From contig NC_043000.1 in assembly GCF_006345805.1 (NCBI RefSeq), positions 1,426,001 to 1,490,000 on the forward strand: a stretch of DNA of 64,000 nucleotides, read 5' to 3'. The position numbers and the translations under genes were made by a program. This document shows, piece by piece, positions 36,376-49,381 of this stretch. The notes beneath the pieces are model-generated. The model made no database searches. It saw only the letters and a list, made by a program, of their open reading frames with translations, and was not told the origin of the DNA. The stretch's first letter is position 1, and every line of letters starts with the position of its first letter. The stretch is from Octopus sinensis. Taxonomy: Eukaryota.

Positions 36376-36455
36376 AGAGCATTTAGAGACGATGAAATCA
36401 CAAGCCTCACTGAACTTCTGAAGAAATTGGAGATTATTACCAAACTTTGGGAGAG
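36376..36455 (+). CDS. WASHC4: WASHC4 coding exon 8 in window
   Basis: ttgcAG|aga...ag|GTaagt; RAFRDDEITSLTELLKKLEIITKLWE vs human [26 protein letters not shown]. Confidence 0.9.
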
Positions 36456-36807
36456 GTAAGTTTTGTATATGTGTATGTACATATATAAAGGTAAAAGTTT
36501 TTTAAAAGAATATTTGCATAATTTCTGAAACAGGCAGGAACAAGGAAAATGCCACTTGTATTTGAACACTATGCTAATATTTTTTTTTTAAACTTTTCTC
36601 TTAATTTTTCCAAAATTTAATTCTTTTCCATACTTACAGTTGAAAAAGTCTCAATGACTGAAACCGGTACTGAAATGTTTTTCATAAAATTATTTTAGCA
36701 TTTTCTACCTTGACTTTTTTTTTTCCATATATATCAACCCGTGTGTTCCTTTTCAACCTTCTACATATACATATATATATATATATATATACACATGCAT
36801 CTATATT

Positions 36808-36857
<50 letters not shown>

Positions 36858-37042
36858 TTGTAATGTACCTGAGCACTTCGTATGCACAGCAGGCTTCCTC
36901 GCTTTCAGATGTTCCACTCACTCATCGCATATCACTCACAATTTTCCTCTCTCTTTTTCACATAGTTTTACTCTCTCTCACTCCCTCCTAATCTCAAACA
37001 TCTCACACACTTACAGTCTCTCTCTCTCTCTCTCTCCCTCAG

Positions 37043-37148
37043 TCTCAGATGTGCCACTGACTGCAGCTTCATGTACTGGCATCGTCATATCTTCCCTATA
37101 TACCTCTCCGACATGTTGGACAATCCATCTGATGCCCACGGACTACAT
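37043..37148 (+). CDS. WASHC4: WASHC4 coding exon 9 in window
   Basis: cctcAG|t...cat|GTaagt; (S)LRCATDCSFMYWHRHIFPIYLSDMLDNPSDAHGLH vs human [35 protein letters not shown]; acceptor chosen by alignment, neighbouring AGs exist. Confidence 0.9.
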
Positions 37149-37780
37149 GTAAGTCTTTCTCTTTTTAAAACAATTTGCTGGGGTTGAGAGAAAGGGTAGT
37201 ATCTTAACAGACCATCCACGACCGGTGTGTAGATTAGTGCTATTAATGTTCTACTTAAATTTATATATCTATTTATGTGCATACAATACACACACACATA
37301 TATATAATATCTTTATATATATCTGGATGATTTTTGTCTATTGCTGATTCATTTCTCTGTTTTGTTTTGGGTTTTTTTTTGATACTATATGTTTATAAGA
37401 AATGCTTTCATGAGACAAATACTGCAGTTTAACAGGTTTTCAATAATATATCTATTTTTAGTATGATATTCACATTACTATTTTGAACTATGTGTGTGTG
37501 CGCGCGTGTGTTTGTATGTGTGTGTGTGTGTGTATATATAAACAAATATGAAAGTAATATTTTAAACACAGTGTAGCTGGGAAAACAGCAGAAAGATTGA
37601 GTACTTTACCCTTATAAGACAGTGCTGACAACTTTTTCTGTCTTATAAGGGTAAAATACTCAATCTTTCTGCTGTGTTCATGGCTATACTGCATTCAAAA
37701 TATTACTTTCTTGTTTGTTAATAGGAAACACATTCAATGCTTCCAAAAACAAACAAAAGTTTGTGTACTATATGTTGCTA

Positions 37781-37843
<63 letters not shown>

Positions 37844-38010
37844 TATATATGTATATTGGCAGGGCAAGACTGCTAGGTAGTCGGCCGTATGCTAGAAATA
37901 GATCATCAACAATCAAACTACAAGGAAAGTTCTCTAGAGGAAAAATTCAGCGAACACCAGAACCAAATTTGGCGGGCAGGACAGATGAAAATTTATATAA
38001 AAAACAGAAT

Positions 38011-38091
38011 CAACTGCATACCTCGGTTTCGGCCTTTAACAAAAGAATTACTTACATAATTCAAATGTCCGTGGCTTCATCAGTGCAATCG
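38011..38091 (-). ncRNA. Hammerhead-like fold with long stem II, inside a (TA)n-embedded element (~37856-38215)
   Basis: cgattgca CTGATGA agcc...gaatta tgtaag taattc...ggcc GAAAC C ga G GTA tgcagttg; stem I 8 bp including 2 G.U. Confidence 0.55.
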
Positions 38092-38224
38092 TTCAGTGTA
38101 AATGCAATCTGAAAAACTAACCCCAGCTTTCTGTGCCAAAACAGACACGTGTTTAGTTAGACTACTGGTTTTAAATTGATATTAAAATTAATATTAATTT
38201 ATCTCCCTCATTATTTAAATATAT

Positions 38225-38257
<33 letters not shown>

Positions 38258-38826
38258 GTATTACCGGCTCCTGTGCCAATGGCATGTAAAAAGCACCATC
38301 CGAACGTGGTTGATGTCAGTGCCCCCTGACTGGCTCCCATGTCGGTGACACATAAAAAACTCCCACTACAGTCTCAGAGTGGTTGGCATTAGGAAGGGCA
38401 TCCAGCTATAGAAACATTGCCAGATCAGATTGGAGCCTGGTGCAGCCTACTGGCTTGCCAGACCTCAGTCAAAACGTCCATCCTATACCAGCACGGAAAG
38501 CGGACATTAGACAGTGATGATGATATGTGTGTGTGTGTGTGTGTCTGTATATATATATATATATATATAGGTGCAGGCGTGGCCGCGTAGCAAGAAGCTT
38601 GCTGCACGGAACCTTCGACTAGTGTCTTCTATCATAGCCGCAAGCCAACCAAAATACAAAGTAATTTTCAAATGTGAGATAACTATAAGAATAACCTAAA
38701 AAATTGAGAAAACACCCCTAGAAGATGGGCAACTTTTTCCATCTTCAAGGGGTATTTACTCAATTTTCTTTGCTGTTTTCACAACAATCCTGCATTCAAA
38801 ATTTACTTTATTTTCTGCAATATATA

Positions 38827-39062
38827 CAGGCTGGCCCAAAAGCAGGTTTACAGTTATCCAACTATCTCTTTCGCATTCATATATTAACAGTTTAAATCTT
38901 AATTATAAAAAAAATATGAGATCATTATTCTATGCTAATTTAATTAATTTTCTCAAGCTTCCTTTTCAGTTTGTAAGATAGAAATTTAAATGTAATAAAG
39001 CGTTTTAACAGAAATTTAAAGTACCTACGTGATAACTGTAAACCTACATTTGGGCCAGCCTG
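38827..39062. mobile_element. Tc1/mariner/pogo-type MITE
   Basis: TIRs caggctggcccaaa(a/t)g(c/t)aggtttacagttatc; TA at left flank. Confidence 0.8.
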
Positions 39063-39188
39063 TCTATTACAGTCAGCAGTTAACTCTTATATGGCTGCAT
39101 GCTGTTTTTCTTGAAATTATGTCTTAGTAGCATAATACACTTATTCAAATTATATATATGTTATATATATATATATATATATATATAT

Positions 39189-39367
39189 AGATCGTTAGCC
39201 ACTACACACATTGTTTTCTCTCCTTGTTTTCTGTGTCCCTTTCTGTAGAAGAGCGTAGGCTCGAAACGTAAAAGACTTTTTCTATTCCTGAGCGTTATAC
39301 TAATACATCTGTTTGTTTTGTACACCACCCGTCTTCATCTTTTGTTTTTTTCCGTAAACTCTCCCTA
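39189..39367 (+). mobile_element. Short Penelope-like terminal fragment within (TA)n, with variant hammerhead core
   Basis: cttt CTGTAGA a gagc gtag gctc GAAAC GTA aaag at 39239-39274; flanked by TA repeats on both sides. Confidence 0.45.
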
Positions 39368-39440
39368 TATATATATATATAGATAGATAGATAGATGTGT
39401 ATTGATCTTATTAATGTTATTCCTTTTGTTGTTTTTCCAG

Positions 39441-39557
39441 TACATGTTCGGTGCTCTAAGGGACTGTGTCATGCCTATGGATTACGTACGCCACCTTGAG
39501 ACCTCTCAACACCTGAAGGACATCTTTGCTAAAGAGATCCGGATTAATTTGAAAGAG
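39441..39557 (+). CDS. WASHC4: WASHC4 coding exon 10 in window
   Basis: ttccAG|tac...gag|GTactt; YMFGALRDCVMPMDYVRHLETSQHLKDIFAKEIRINLKE vs human [21 protein letters not shown]...DKEIMEILNE. Confidence 0.94.
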
Positions 39558-40016
39558 GTACTTGCAACATTCCTATTATTATATAGTTGGTGGTGTTGGT
39601 AGTGGTGGTGATGTTATTGGTGTTGGTTATATTGGAGTTGTTGGTGGTGATGGTGTTGGTTTTGGTGTAGCTGCGGTATTCTTGATGTTGTTTTTGGTGG
39701 TGGAGATGGTGGCAGAAGTGGCAGCGGTGGTGATGTTTTAGTGTAGCTATGGTGGTGTTGTTGTTGTTGGTGGTGGTGGTAGTGGTGGTGGTGTATGTGT
39801 GTATGTTTGTCTATAAGCTGGAAAATTTCATCTGTGTATATTCAAGACACAGGTGTAACTGTGTGGTGAGAAGCTTGCTTCTCAACCACATGGTTCTGGG
39901 TTCAGTCCCACTGTATAGCACCTTGAGCAAGTGTTTCTGTTATAGCCTTGGTCCACCAAAGCCTGGTGAGTGGATTTGGTAAATGGAAACTGAAAGAAGC
40001 CTGTTGTGTGTGTGTG

Positions 40017-40068
<52 letters not shown>

Positions 40069-41545
40069 CATACATGTATATGTAAAAAAACACAAACTGG
40101 GACAAGAACGCAAAACATTTAGAAGACGATACAAAAAACGGACGGGACATTCGAAGCCTTCGATCTTCAGTCAAGAACCGGATCATCTTCGCAATTTCGG
40201 CTGATTATACTTGAGATTGCTCCGACCTGGCCAGCCCCAAAGGAAAATCTAAGCCAAGCGCATTAGATTCCTTGGAAGAAAGCCTCGAATGTATACAAAA
40301 CAAGGACGGGAACGAATAAGAATACAAAAATACGTAAAAATAATAATGATAACACGAATAAGAATACGAAAATACGTAAAAACAATAATGATAATAATAA
40401 TAACAAAAACAGGACGTTACAGACAGGTGTCTTTTCGACAGGTGAACTTGAGCTGGCACATTGAAAAAATGCCTTGAGGCGAAGAGAGAAAAAAAATGTG
40501 TCTAGCCTAGACGGCCGTTGACCACGAAAAGGCAGGACAGCAGTCCAAAGTTAGTCACATGTGAGAAGAAATGAGGGACAGAGGAAGAGAGAAAAAAGGG
40601 AACAAGGAACAAAGGAGGAGGAGAAGAGAGAGAGAGAAAGAGACGGGTCAAAGTGGAGTGCAAAGTGTGAAAGGCAGAGAAATGTAGGAGAGGGGAGAGA
40701 GAGAGAGAGGCAGTGTTATAGAGTCGTACCATGTTTTAGAGAAAAATGTACTTACATACAAGATCAAAAGGGGTAATACATTTATCTATATATATATAAA
40801 TGTTTTTTTTGTCTCTTTGTTTTAACATTGTAAATGATTGTCACTGTCATACAAGCAGTGTCATTCATTTCCAATATCATCATCATCATCATCATCATCG
40901 TTTAACGTCCGTTTTCCGCACTAGCACGGGCTGGACGGTTCGACCGGGGATCTGGGGAGCCAGGGGCTGCTCCAGGCTCCAGTCTGATCTGGCAGAGTTT
41001 CTACAGCTGGATGCCCTTCCTAACGCCAACCACTCCGCGAGTGTAGTGGGTGCTTTTTACGTGCCACCGGCACAGGTGCCAGGGGAGTCTGGCATCAGCC
41101 ACGATCGGTTGGTGCTTTTTATGTGCCACCGGCACAGAAGCCAGTCGAGGTGGTGCTGGCATCAGCCACGTTCTATGAAAATATATTTGGCCATAGAGAA
41201 ATATTACCTAACTTAGAAACAGGTGAGGGTTAGCAACAGGGAGAGTATCCAACCGTAGAAAATCTGCCTCAATAATCTCCAAGTGACCCATGCAAGCGTA
41301 GAAAAGTGGATATTAAATAATTGATGATGATGATGAAGACAACGACCATATGCTACTAACCACCATGATTAATGCCACCATGTTAACTGCTATCACTACC
41401 ACTAAACATTCACTGTCATCTCAATTATAACCACTTCTGATACCTCTGCCACTGCTGTTACTACCATCAACAACTCTACCATTCACTACATTCACCACTT
41501 CCATCAACACCACAATAATCACCATCATCATCATTTACATCACTA

Positions 41546-42150
41546 ATGACTAGTGACCGAGACCTTTGGAAATATGCTGTGCTTGAGAATACCCGGCAAG
41601 CCAAGTGAGACCATAACCTTGAGGCCTATGCCAGGGGTGTAACCAGCCCACTTATGCGTACCTTACCTTCATTGGACACTAAACTCCGCTTGCAAAGACC
41701 TGTTGAGGCAAGTGAAATTGAAATCAAATTCGATGACTGGCATCCATGCTTGTGGAGAGCGTGATCATTGCCAGAGCAGCTAACTGGCTTCTGTGCTGCT
41801 GGCATGTAAAAAGCACCATTCGAGCTTGATCGTTTCCAGTGTCACCTACTGGCATGTAAAAAGACATTCAAGCGAGGTTGTTGCCAGTACCGCTGGACTG
41901 GCTCCTGTGCAGGTGGCACGTAAAAAACACCATTTGAGCGTGGCCTTTGCCAGTACTGCCTGACTGGCCCTCATGCCAGTGGCATGTAAAAGCACCCACT
42001 ACACTCTCGGAGTGGTTGGCGTTAGGAAGGGCATCCAGCTGTCATATCAGATTGGAACCTGGCGCAGCCATCTAGTTTACCAGTCCTCAGTCAAATCATC
42101 CAACCCATGCTAGCATGGAAAGTAGACATTAAACGATGATGATGATGAGG
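41546..42150 (+). mobile_element. RTE-like LINE 3' end
   Basis: MTSDRDLWKYAVLENTRQAK* (41546-41608), then the same 3' UTR and (GAT)n. Confidence 0.75.
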
Positions 42151-42287
42151 ATTCTCATCATCACTTCCACCACTCCTACTATCCCTACCATTCCAGTATC
42201 ACCACCACTGCTATTATCGCCTTTGCAATCATTACTATCCCTATTCTTGTTTCCATTACATAATGTCTCCTGTTTCTCTTCCCTCAG

Positions 42288-42456
42288 CATCTGATGGAAC
42301 CACTGTGCCTTGCCATAGAAACTGACCTGAGATTACACATTCACTCTCACCTTCAGTTAGATGACCGTAACCCATACAAAGTTGGCCTTAAGGACCTCTC
42401 CAACTTCTTACGACTCAGACCAATACGATTCTTTGATCAGTTCATCAATATTAAAA
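42288..42456 (+). CDS. WASHC4: WASHC4 coding exon 11 in window
   Basis: cctcAG|cat...a|GTaagt; [56 protein letters not shown] vs human [37 protein letters not shown]. Confidence 0.96.
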
Positions 42457-43664
42457 GTAAGTACATGGTAGTAAATTGGTTTTAATAGTGCCGGTGAATA
42501 CGTAAAAATCACCATCCAAACGTGGCAGATGCAGCGCCGCCTGACTGGCATCCGTGTCAGTGACATGTAAAAGCACCAACTGATCATGGCCGTTTGCCAT
42601 CCTCCTCTGGACTCTGTGCTGGTGGCACGTAAAAAGCACCCACTACACTCACGGAGTGGTTGGCATTAAGAAGGGCATCCAGCTGTAGAAACACTGCCAG
42701 ATCAGACTGGAGCCTGGTGGAGCCTCCTTGCTTCCCAGACCCCGGTCGAACCGTCCAACCCATGCTAGCATGGAGAACGGACGTTAGATGATGATGATGA
42801 TGATGATGATGAGTGCCCTAGGTCATGCTTTCAAGTCTTATTACTGCTTTGCAAGTTCTAAACTGCTCCTTATTTAACACTTAATATCTTAGATAAGTTT
42901 GTTGTTATTTAAGATTATAATTTTCTGGAAAATTGACCTCATCATTTAAGCTTATATTTACAAGTAGGGTATTAAGAGCACCATCCGAGCATGATCATTG
43001 CCAGAGCGATTATCTCGCCTCCGTGCCGGTGGCACGTAAAAGAGACCATTCGAGCATGATCATTACCAGCATCGCCTTACTCGCACCTGTGCCGGTGGCA
43101 TGTGCAAAAAGATTCGGGCGAGGTTGTTGCCAGTACTGCCTGACTGGCCCCGTGCCGGTGGCACATAAAAGCACCCACTACATTCTCAGAGTGGTTGGCG
43201 TTAGGAAGGGCATCCAGGTGTAGAAACTCTGCCAGATCAAGATTGAAGCCTGGTGCAGCCATCTGATTCACCAGCCCTCAGTCAAATCATCCAACCCATG
43301 CTAACATGGAAAGCAGACGTTAAACGGTGATGATGATGATACCTACACTATGTTTCTTTTGGTTCAGTTTCTGATTGCTATCAGGTGTCTTATTCTTAGA
43401 TGAGTACAAAAACCCTAACTGGATTCTAGTTAAAGGAATCCTGGAATGAAACATCTGATATCTATTTGAGATCATAATGTAGCATAGATATAAATATTGT
43501 TCTAGAAATAATAGGTTTTTTTGTGCTTCTATTGACAATGCACAGATGGTATGGGGGAATGAATAATTTTTCATTTGACTCTAATGACTCATAGGTCTTC
43601 AGATCAAAAACAATGCAAGGAAGTGCATTGTAACCAATGGTGTATAACAACATCCAGTAGTCTA

Positions 43665-44138
43665 GTCAGTGCAAATCTAAGTAGAGATTTCAAACTCTAA
43701 ATCTTCAAAGCCACAGTCGAACCAATTCTACTATATGGCTCAGAAACCTGGACGCTATCAAAGAAGCTTGAGAGGCGGTTGGATGGAACCTACACCCGCC
43801 TCCTTATGAGAGCTTAAAATCTCTCGTGGAAGCGCCATCCAGCCAAAGTACAAATATATGAGAAACTACCACCTGTGTCATCTCTTGTGAAAGGTAGGAG
43901 AGTCCAGTTTGCTGGACATTGTTGTAGAGCTGAAAAAGAGGTAATTTCTACTCTTCTCCTCTGGAAGTCATCTACTCGTGATACCAGAGGGCGCACACTC
44001 TCCTACCCTGATGTAATCTCCAGGGATACAGGCATCCAGCAACAGGACCTCCGTAATGCTATGATGGACCATGAAGTCTGGCATAGCATATTAAATTCCA
44101 TTGTCTCAACCACGGTCGAATAATGATGATGATGATGC
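43665..44138 (+). mobile_element. RTE-clade LINE 3' fragment with stops; ~30-bp terminal copy at 44761-44791
   Basis: FKATVEPILLYGSETWTLSKKLERRLDGTYTRLLMRA*...RRVQFAGHCCR; (TGA)n tail. Confidence 0.85.
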
Positions 44139-44908
44139 CATGATATAGTGATATTATATTTTACATTTAATCAGAATTAGAGTAAGTACATTTTTACAAT
44201 TCTGACTCCTACTCCACAATGATACAGAATAGATACCAATTATAGATCCGCTTTGCACACGGTGCTGGAGCTAACCATTAGTTCTTGAAAATCCAGTTTC
44301 TGAGAGGACATTCATAACTTATATTTACCGTTGTTAAATATATTAAAAATTTATAGTTTTTTTTTTACCTTTTATTTTGTTCTTTGTTTTGTCTTTACTA
44401 TATTCTTAACATATACACAGATGCATGTTGCTATGTTTGTATGTATGTGTATATGTATGTGTCTTCTTGCATACATGTTGTGCATAGTCCAACTACTGGT
44501 AAACTGTAAACCAGTACAACCTGTGTCAGTGGGGTAGAAAGGGCTCCTTAGCCGTAGTGAAGGCAATCTATCTAGGGAGATAACCTTACAATAAATCACT
44601 CGGTCCGTAGCTTAGAAATACTGGTTGACGTCCAGCGGGAACAGCTTTGTTTCATGGAGGAGGAAAGATCTTCTTTAGTACTTGGTTGTACAATGCTTTC
44701 CAATGTGTGTAGTAGTGGCACGCGCACACATTATTAGCCATTTGAAAAGACTATGAAAGTCTCGACCACGGTCGAACAATGATGATGATAGTCCAAATCC
44801 TCTGTAGTGTTCAGTATTTCTCCCAACGGCCCAGCAGTTATAATCACATCGTTTGTATTTCTTTTCTCATTCTCTCTCTTTTTGCTGTCTCTCCTCCTTA
44901 TCCATTAG

Positions 44909-45063
44909 CCTATGTGGAACATTACTTGGACAAGACTTTCTACAATCTAACCACTGTCACACTCCATGACTGGAAAACTTACAGCGAAATGAAAAACATG
45001 GCTGAAGAGAAGTATGGTGTATCATTGATTGAGTCTCACTTACCAAGTCAGACTTTGGAACAG
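44909..45063 (+). CDS. WASHC4: WASHC4 coding exon 12 in window
   Basis: cattAG|cc...cag|GTaag; [51 protein letters not shown] vs human [29 protein letters not shown]...HLPSQTLEQ. Confidence 0.97.
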
Positions 45064-45154
45064 GTAAGATTATATGATTACCAACCTTTACTTTGTTAAC
45101 CCTTATTGGTGAGGTCAATGTGAAATCATGCGTGCTCACATACACAAACACATA

Positions 45155-45295
45155 CACTCACATGCATACATACATTCTTATACATGCAAGCTCTCACACA
45201 CATGCATACATGCATTCTTATACATGCAAGCTCTCACACACATGCATACATGCATTCTTATACATGCAATCACTCACACACATGCATACTTATGT
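45155..45295. repeat. 40-bp minisatellite (~3.5 copies)
   Basis: catgcatacatgcattcttatacatgcaagctctcacaca repeated. Confidence 0.8.
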
Positions 45296-45521
45296 GTATG
45301 TATGAAAAATCTGCTAATCTTCCCCTCCTGATGAAAGAAGCCTGTATTACCGTAATGTCTCTATGCATCCATCTACTGGTTGCTTATCCATGACTTTTTG
45401 CACATTATATCTGCTAATTATGAACATTACAGCTATTACATAATTCTGAGCTCCCAGAAACTGTTGTTAGGTTAAAAAACTATGCTTTTCCCCCACATAG
45501 TTGTATGTGTATATAAGTAAA

Positions 45522-45906
45522 CTAGCGGTATCGTCTGGCATTGCTCAGGTTTGTTTCGACCATTTAGAATTGGAATTTTTGAAAAGTAAAAATTTTGCAT
45601 TATGTAGCTTGTTATTCTCTTTAAGTGAACATTTTTCTGGTTGAAATACACCAAAAAAATGTCGACACAGCAGTAAAAAAATCGTAAAAAATCGAGAAAA
45701 AAATAGCACCTTTTTGATGTAAATAATTTTTGGTCTTAACATGGTCCGATTTGAATTTTTTCTTCTATGGAAGGAAGAGCAAACCTTCTTCTATCATACT
45801 CTCAATTTTGGTCAACTTGCACCGCAGGATCTCGGAGGAAATAGTGTTAGTTGAAGGCTACCAAACCTGCCATACACAGACAACTTCAGCTTTATACATA
45901 TATAGA
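45522..45906 (-). mobile_element. Non-autonomous Helitron, second family
   Basis: + strand a|ctagcggtatcgtctggcattgc...tatataga|t. Confidence 0.65.
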
Positions 45907-45997
45907 TGTATCGAACCTATTACTTTTCTCTTCCAGTTACACATATTGCCCGCCACTTCATCACTGTTATAATGTTTTTACTGTTTCATTTTTACAG

Positions 45998-46072
45998 GGT
46001 CTGGATGTTTTAGAAATAATGAGGAATATCCATGTATTTGTCTCCAAGTACCAATACAACTTAAACAATCAG
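45998..46072 (+). CDS. WASHC4: WASHC4 coding exon 13 in window
   Basis: ttacAG|ggt...cag|GTcggt; GLDVLEIMRNIHVFVSKYQYNLNNQ. Confidence 0.96.
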
Positions 46073-47544
46073 GTCGGTTGGTGCTTTACGTCTTCCACTT
46101 CCTCATATCTTTCCTTCATAAATCTCTCTTTCTCTCTTGCCCATACACACACACGCACACATGGAAACAGGTCAGCGTTGACATTAGGCATCCCTGCTAA
46201 AAGTCTCTTAACCTGATAATTAAATCATATTAATTAAAACAAACAACAACAAAATGGGTTTTAAGGTAATTTTCTCAGTTAATGCTAGGGTTGGCTTTGT
46301 TGGTCTCATGGCAATCTTTTCCGTTTTAAATTAATTCATCACGATTCTCTTTCTGAGGCAGTGTTTTACAGCCAGATGCCTTTCCTGTCACCAACCTTTA
46401 TAATTTTCTATTATTACCTGCAGGAATACAGTGTACCTGTTCTAAAACTGGAGAACACACAGATCCTATGTTAATTAACCCTTTTGTTACTGTATTCGTT
46501 TTGAGCCGCTCTGTGTTTCTTTCAATTACTTTAAATATAACAAAGAATTTATTAAAATAACTTAGTTATCATTAAGCTAGTGTTTGGAACGTAAATTTTG
46601 ACTAAGACTTGGTGGAAGATTTTAATTCAAAGCTTATGAAAACAAGACATTTGTACTACAGAGCCAGAGCCGGTTTTGGCCGGGTTAGTAACAAAAGGTT
46701 AAGATATTATTTTGAACCGAGGCATTTTATTGTATTTGTGGAATTAAAGAAATCTTGGTTTTCATGATTACCTCTTTAGCATTTAAACCAGCCACATCCA
46801 ACCCAAATATTCTTCCTGTTTTATGTTTAAACCAGCCAAATCCAGCCTCTCATACCTACCCTACAATGCCATTCTAAAAGGAAACAATGATATCAATGAA
46901 ATGTCAAAGCTACAAGATAATACATGATGTGTATAAAGAAGCATTATATTTGACAGAGTAATCTCTTACTTGTTTCAGCCATTTGACTGCGGCCATGCTG
47001 GAGCACCACCTTTAGTCGAGCAAATCGAACCCGGGACTTATTCTTTGTAAGCTTAGTACTTATTCTATCGGCCTCTTTTTGCCAAACCGCTAAGTTACGG
47101 GGGACGTAAACACACCAGCATCGGTTGTCAAGCGATGTTGGTGGGTGGCAAACACAGACACACAAACATATACACACATTAGGAAGGGCATCCAGCCGTA
47201 GAAACACTGCCAGATCAGACTGGGCCTGGTGCAGCCTTCTGGCTTCCCAGACCCCAGTTGAACCGTCCAACCCATGCTAGCATGGAAAGCGGACGCTAAA
47301 TGATGATGATGATATACATATATACAATGGGCTTCTTTCAGTTTCCGTCTACCAAATCCACTCACAAAATTTGGTCGGCCCGAGGCTATAGTAGAAGACA
47401 TTTGCCCAAAGTACCACGCAGTGGAACTGAACCCGGAACCATGTGGTTGGTAAGCTAGCTACTTACCACACAGCCACTCCTGCACCTATCTGAATACTAA
47501 ACGGTTAAAACTGTTTTTCGATTTTTCTTTTTTTTGTGTTACAG

Positions 47545-47649
47545 ATTTTCATTGAAGGTTCCAGCCATAACAAGCACTTCAACACAATCAATATACGACA
47601 CATTGCAAACTCCATTAGGACACATGGCATTGGCATTATGAACACAACG
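47545..47649 (+). CDS. WASHC4: WASHC4 coding exon 14 in window
   Basis: ttacAG|att...acg|GTgagt; [35 protein letters not shown]. Confidence 0.96.
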
Positions 47650-47977
47650 GTGAGTAAACTGCCTTTGTCTTCTGTATTAGATAGAAGTTGAGGGAGGGAA
47701 TAAAATTAGAATTTGGTTATTCAGAAGCATATAACCACTGGTCATAAACAGCATAAAAATCTCAACCTTACAAGCTGACAAAACTGGATACATTTCCTAA
47801 CACCCGCCACGTTACTGAGTACTGCAGGAAAACATTGGCTAGACTGGAGTTTCTTGCATATGTTTTATGAAAGGTGATATTTCCTTGGAAGGAGACATCA
47901 CCTTTCAGTGTAAATTTTCTTTCCAGTTTTTTTTTCCTCTTTTAGCATTCACAAGTTATTTCTGAAAGAACATTCCT

Positions 47978-48300
47978 CTTGTTGGTTCTGCATTGGCTGG
48001 GTCATGCCCTCCGTCGTCAGCCAGGAGAATTCATCTACGAAGCAATTGCCCCAGCTCCCCTTCAGGGTTGGCGAAAGCGATGTGGTGGACAACGAAAAAC
48101 CTGTCCGATGACAGTCAAGGCTGATCTGGAACTCAACCTAGGCTCCCATGTTTACGGCGTTCGCCGCCGGAATGGGGAGTGGTTGGCAATCATGCGGTCA
48201 TTAGCCTCAAATCACCAGGTCTCATTGGCGTTTGTGAGAGATGCAGCATTGAGGATGAATGAAGCCAGCTCAACCCACCCCGGGTGAATGCTGTCTCAAG
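47978..48300 (+). mobile_element. RTE-clade LINE 3' fragment
   Basis: LHWLGHALRRQPGEFIYEAIAPAPLQGWRKRCGGQRKT... Confidence 0.8.
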
Positions 48301-48329
48301 CAAGCAAGTTGTATCTCCACTGTTCAGTA

Positions 48330-48900
48330 TTTCAGATCTGATGTTCACTGTACCACACCTGACATCATATCAGAGTGTGCCGTATCTCTACTGTTCACTG
48401 TAAAACATCTCTCATAGCTCTACAGTTCACTGTCTCACACACATGTTTACTGCTCAGTGTATCATATCAGTTGTATGTCTATGTTTCAATGTGTCTCAGC
48501 TACATTTTTATTGTTAAGTATGTCACATCTCTTGTATCTCTAAAGTTCACTGTGCCTCTGCTATGTTTACTATACAGTGTGTCACCTCTGTTATGTCTCT
48601 AATGTTCACTGTTTCCCACTTGTTTTATCACTACTGTTCTTTGTGTCCCATTTGTATCCCTCTTGTTCACTGTGACCCACTTATTGTATCTTTACTGTTC
48701 ACTGTGACCCACTTATTGTATCTTTACTGTTCACTGTGTCACACATTGTATCTTTACTGTTCAGTATGTTGCATCTATTGTATCTCTTTGTTCACTGTGT
48801 CACTCATGTTGTATCTCTACTGTTCACTATGTCTCATATGTATGTTTACTGTATTACGTCTATCGTACATCTACAGTTCACTGTCTCATCTTTATCTTCG
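48330..48900. repeat. Degenerate ~33-bp minisatellite
   Basis: recurring (a)ctgttcactgt...tgtatct; near-exact pair at ~48665-48730. Confidence 0.75.
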
Positions 48901-49019
48901 CTGTTCAGGAGGCTTTTCTTTCCATAGATAAACCTTATCTGTTTCCCCCTTTACACTTTACATCATGACATTTCTGTGATACACGATCCCTATTGATCGT
49001 TTTTTTTTCTTTCCTTTTT

Positions 49020-49381
49020 AACTTCAAACTCCACCCATCTAACACCCGTGGACATATTTACAAAGTCAGAAAACAGCACAGCTCCCATGACTTCAGGAAA
49101 CATTTTTTCACGCTGAGAGTTGCTGAAGCATGGAACAAACTGCCGGCATCAGTTGTTAGTTGTTGGAGCACTGCATCCTTCAAAACTTCCATGCTTCCTG
49201 AGATTCGCCAACACTACACTTGATTTTCTCCCCTCCATACACACACAAGCATGTATCTGACTCATACATTGTTCACTTTCCACATTTCTACATTACTGCA
49301 TGTACTTTATATGCACTTTCTGACAAGTTATGGTGCACCTGAGCACTGTATACAATAATTTCATCATTATTATTATTATTA
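49020..49381 (+). mobile_element. CR1-clade LINE 3' end
   Basis: TRGHIYKVRKQ...FFTLRVAEAWNKLP, (TAT)n tail. Confidence 0.88.

Noticed and set aside
37711-38112. ORF containing IYIY...YIG, suggesting a GIY-YIG endonuclease
   Set aside because: IYIY comes from the (TA)n tract; no other GIY-YIG residues follow.
38690-38770. ~27-bp imperfect inverted repeat
   Set aside because: Short and mismatched, probably a decayed MITE; no further support.
40140-40235. CTGAAGA...GAA and cagccGAAA motifs on the - strand in a (TA)n-adjacent repeat
   Set aside because: No stem I pairing and an incomplete GAAA/NUH arrangement; not supportable as a ribozyme.
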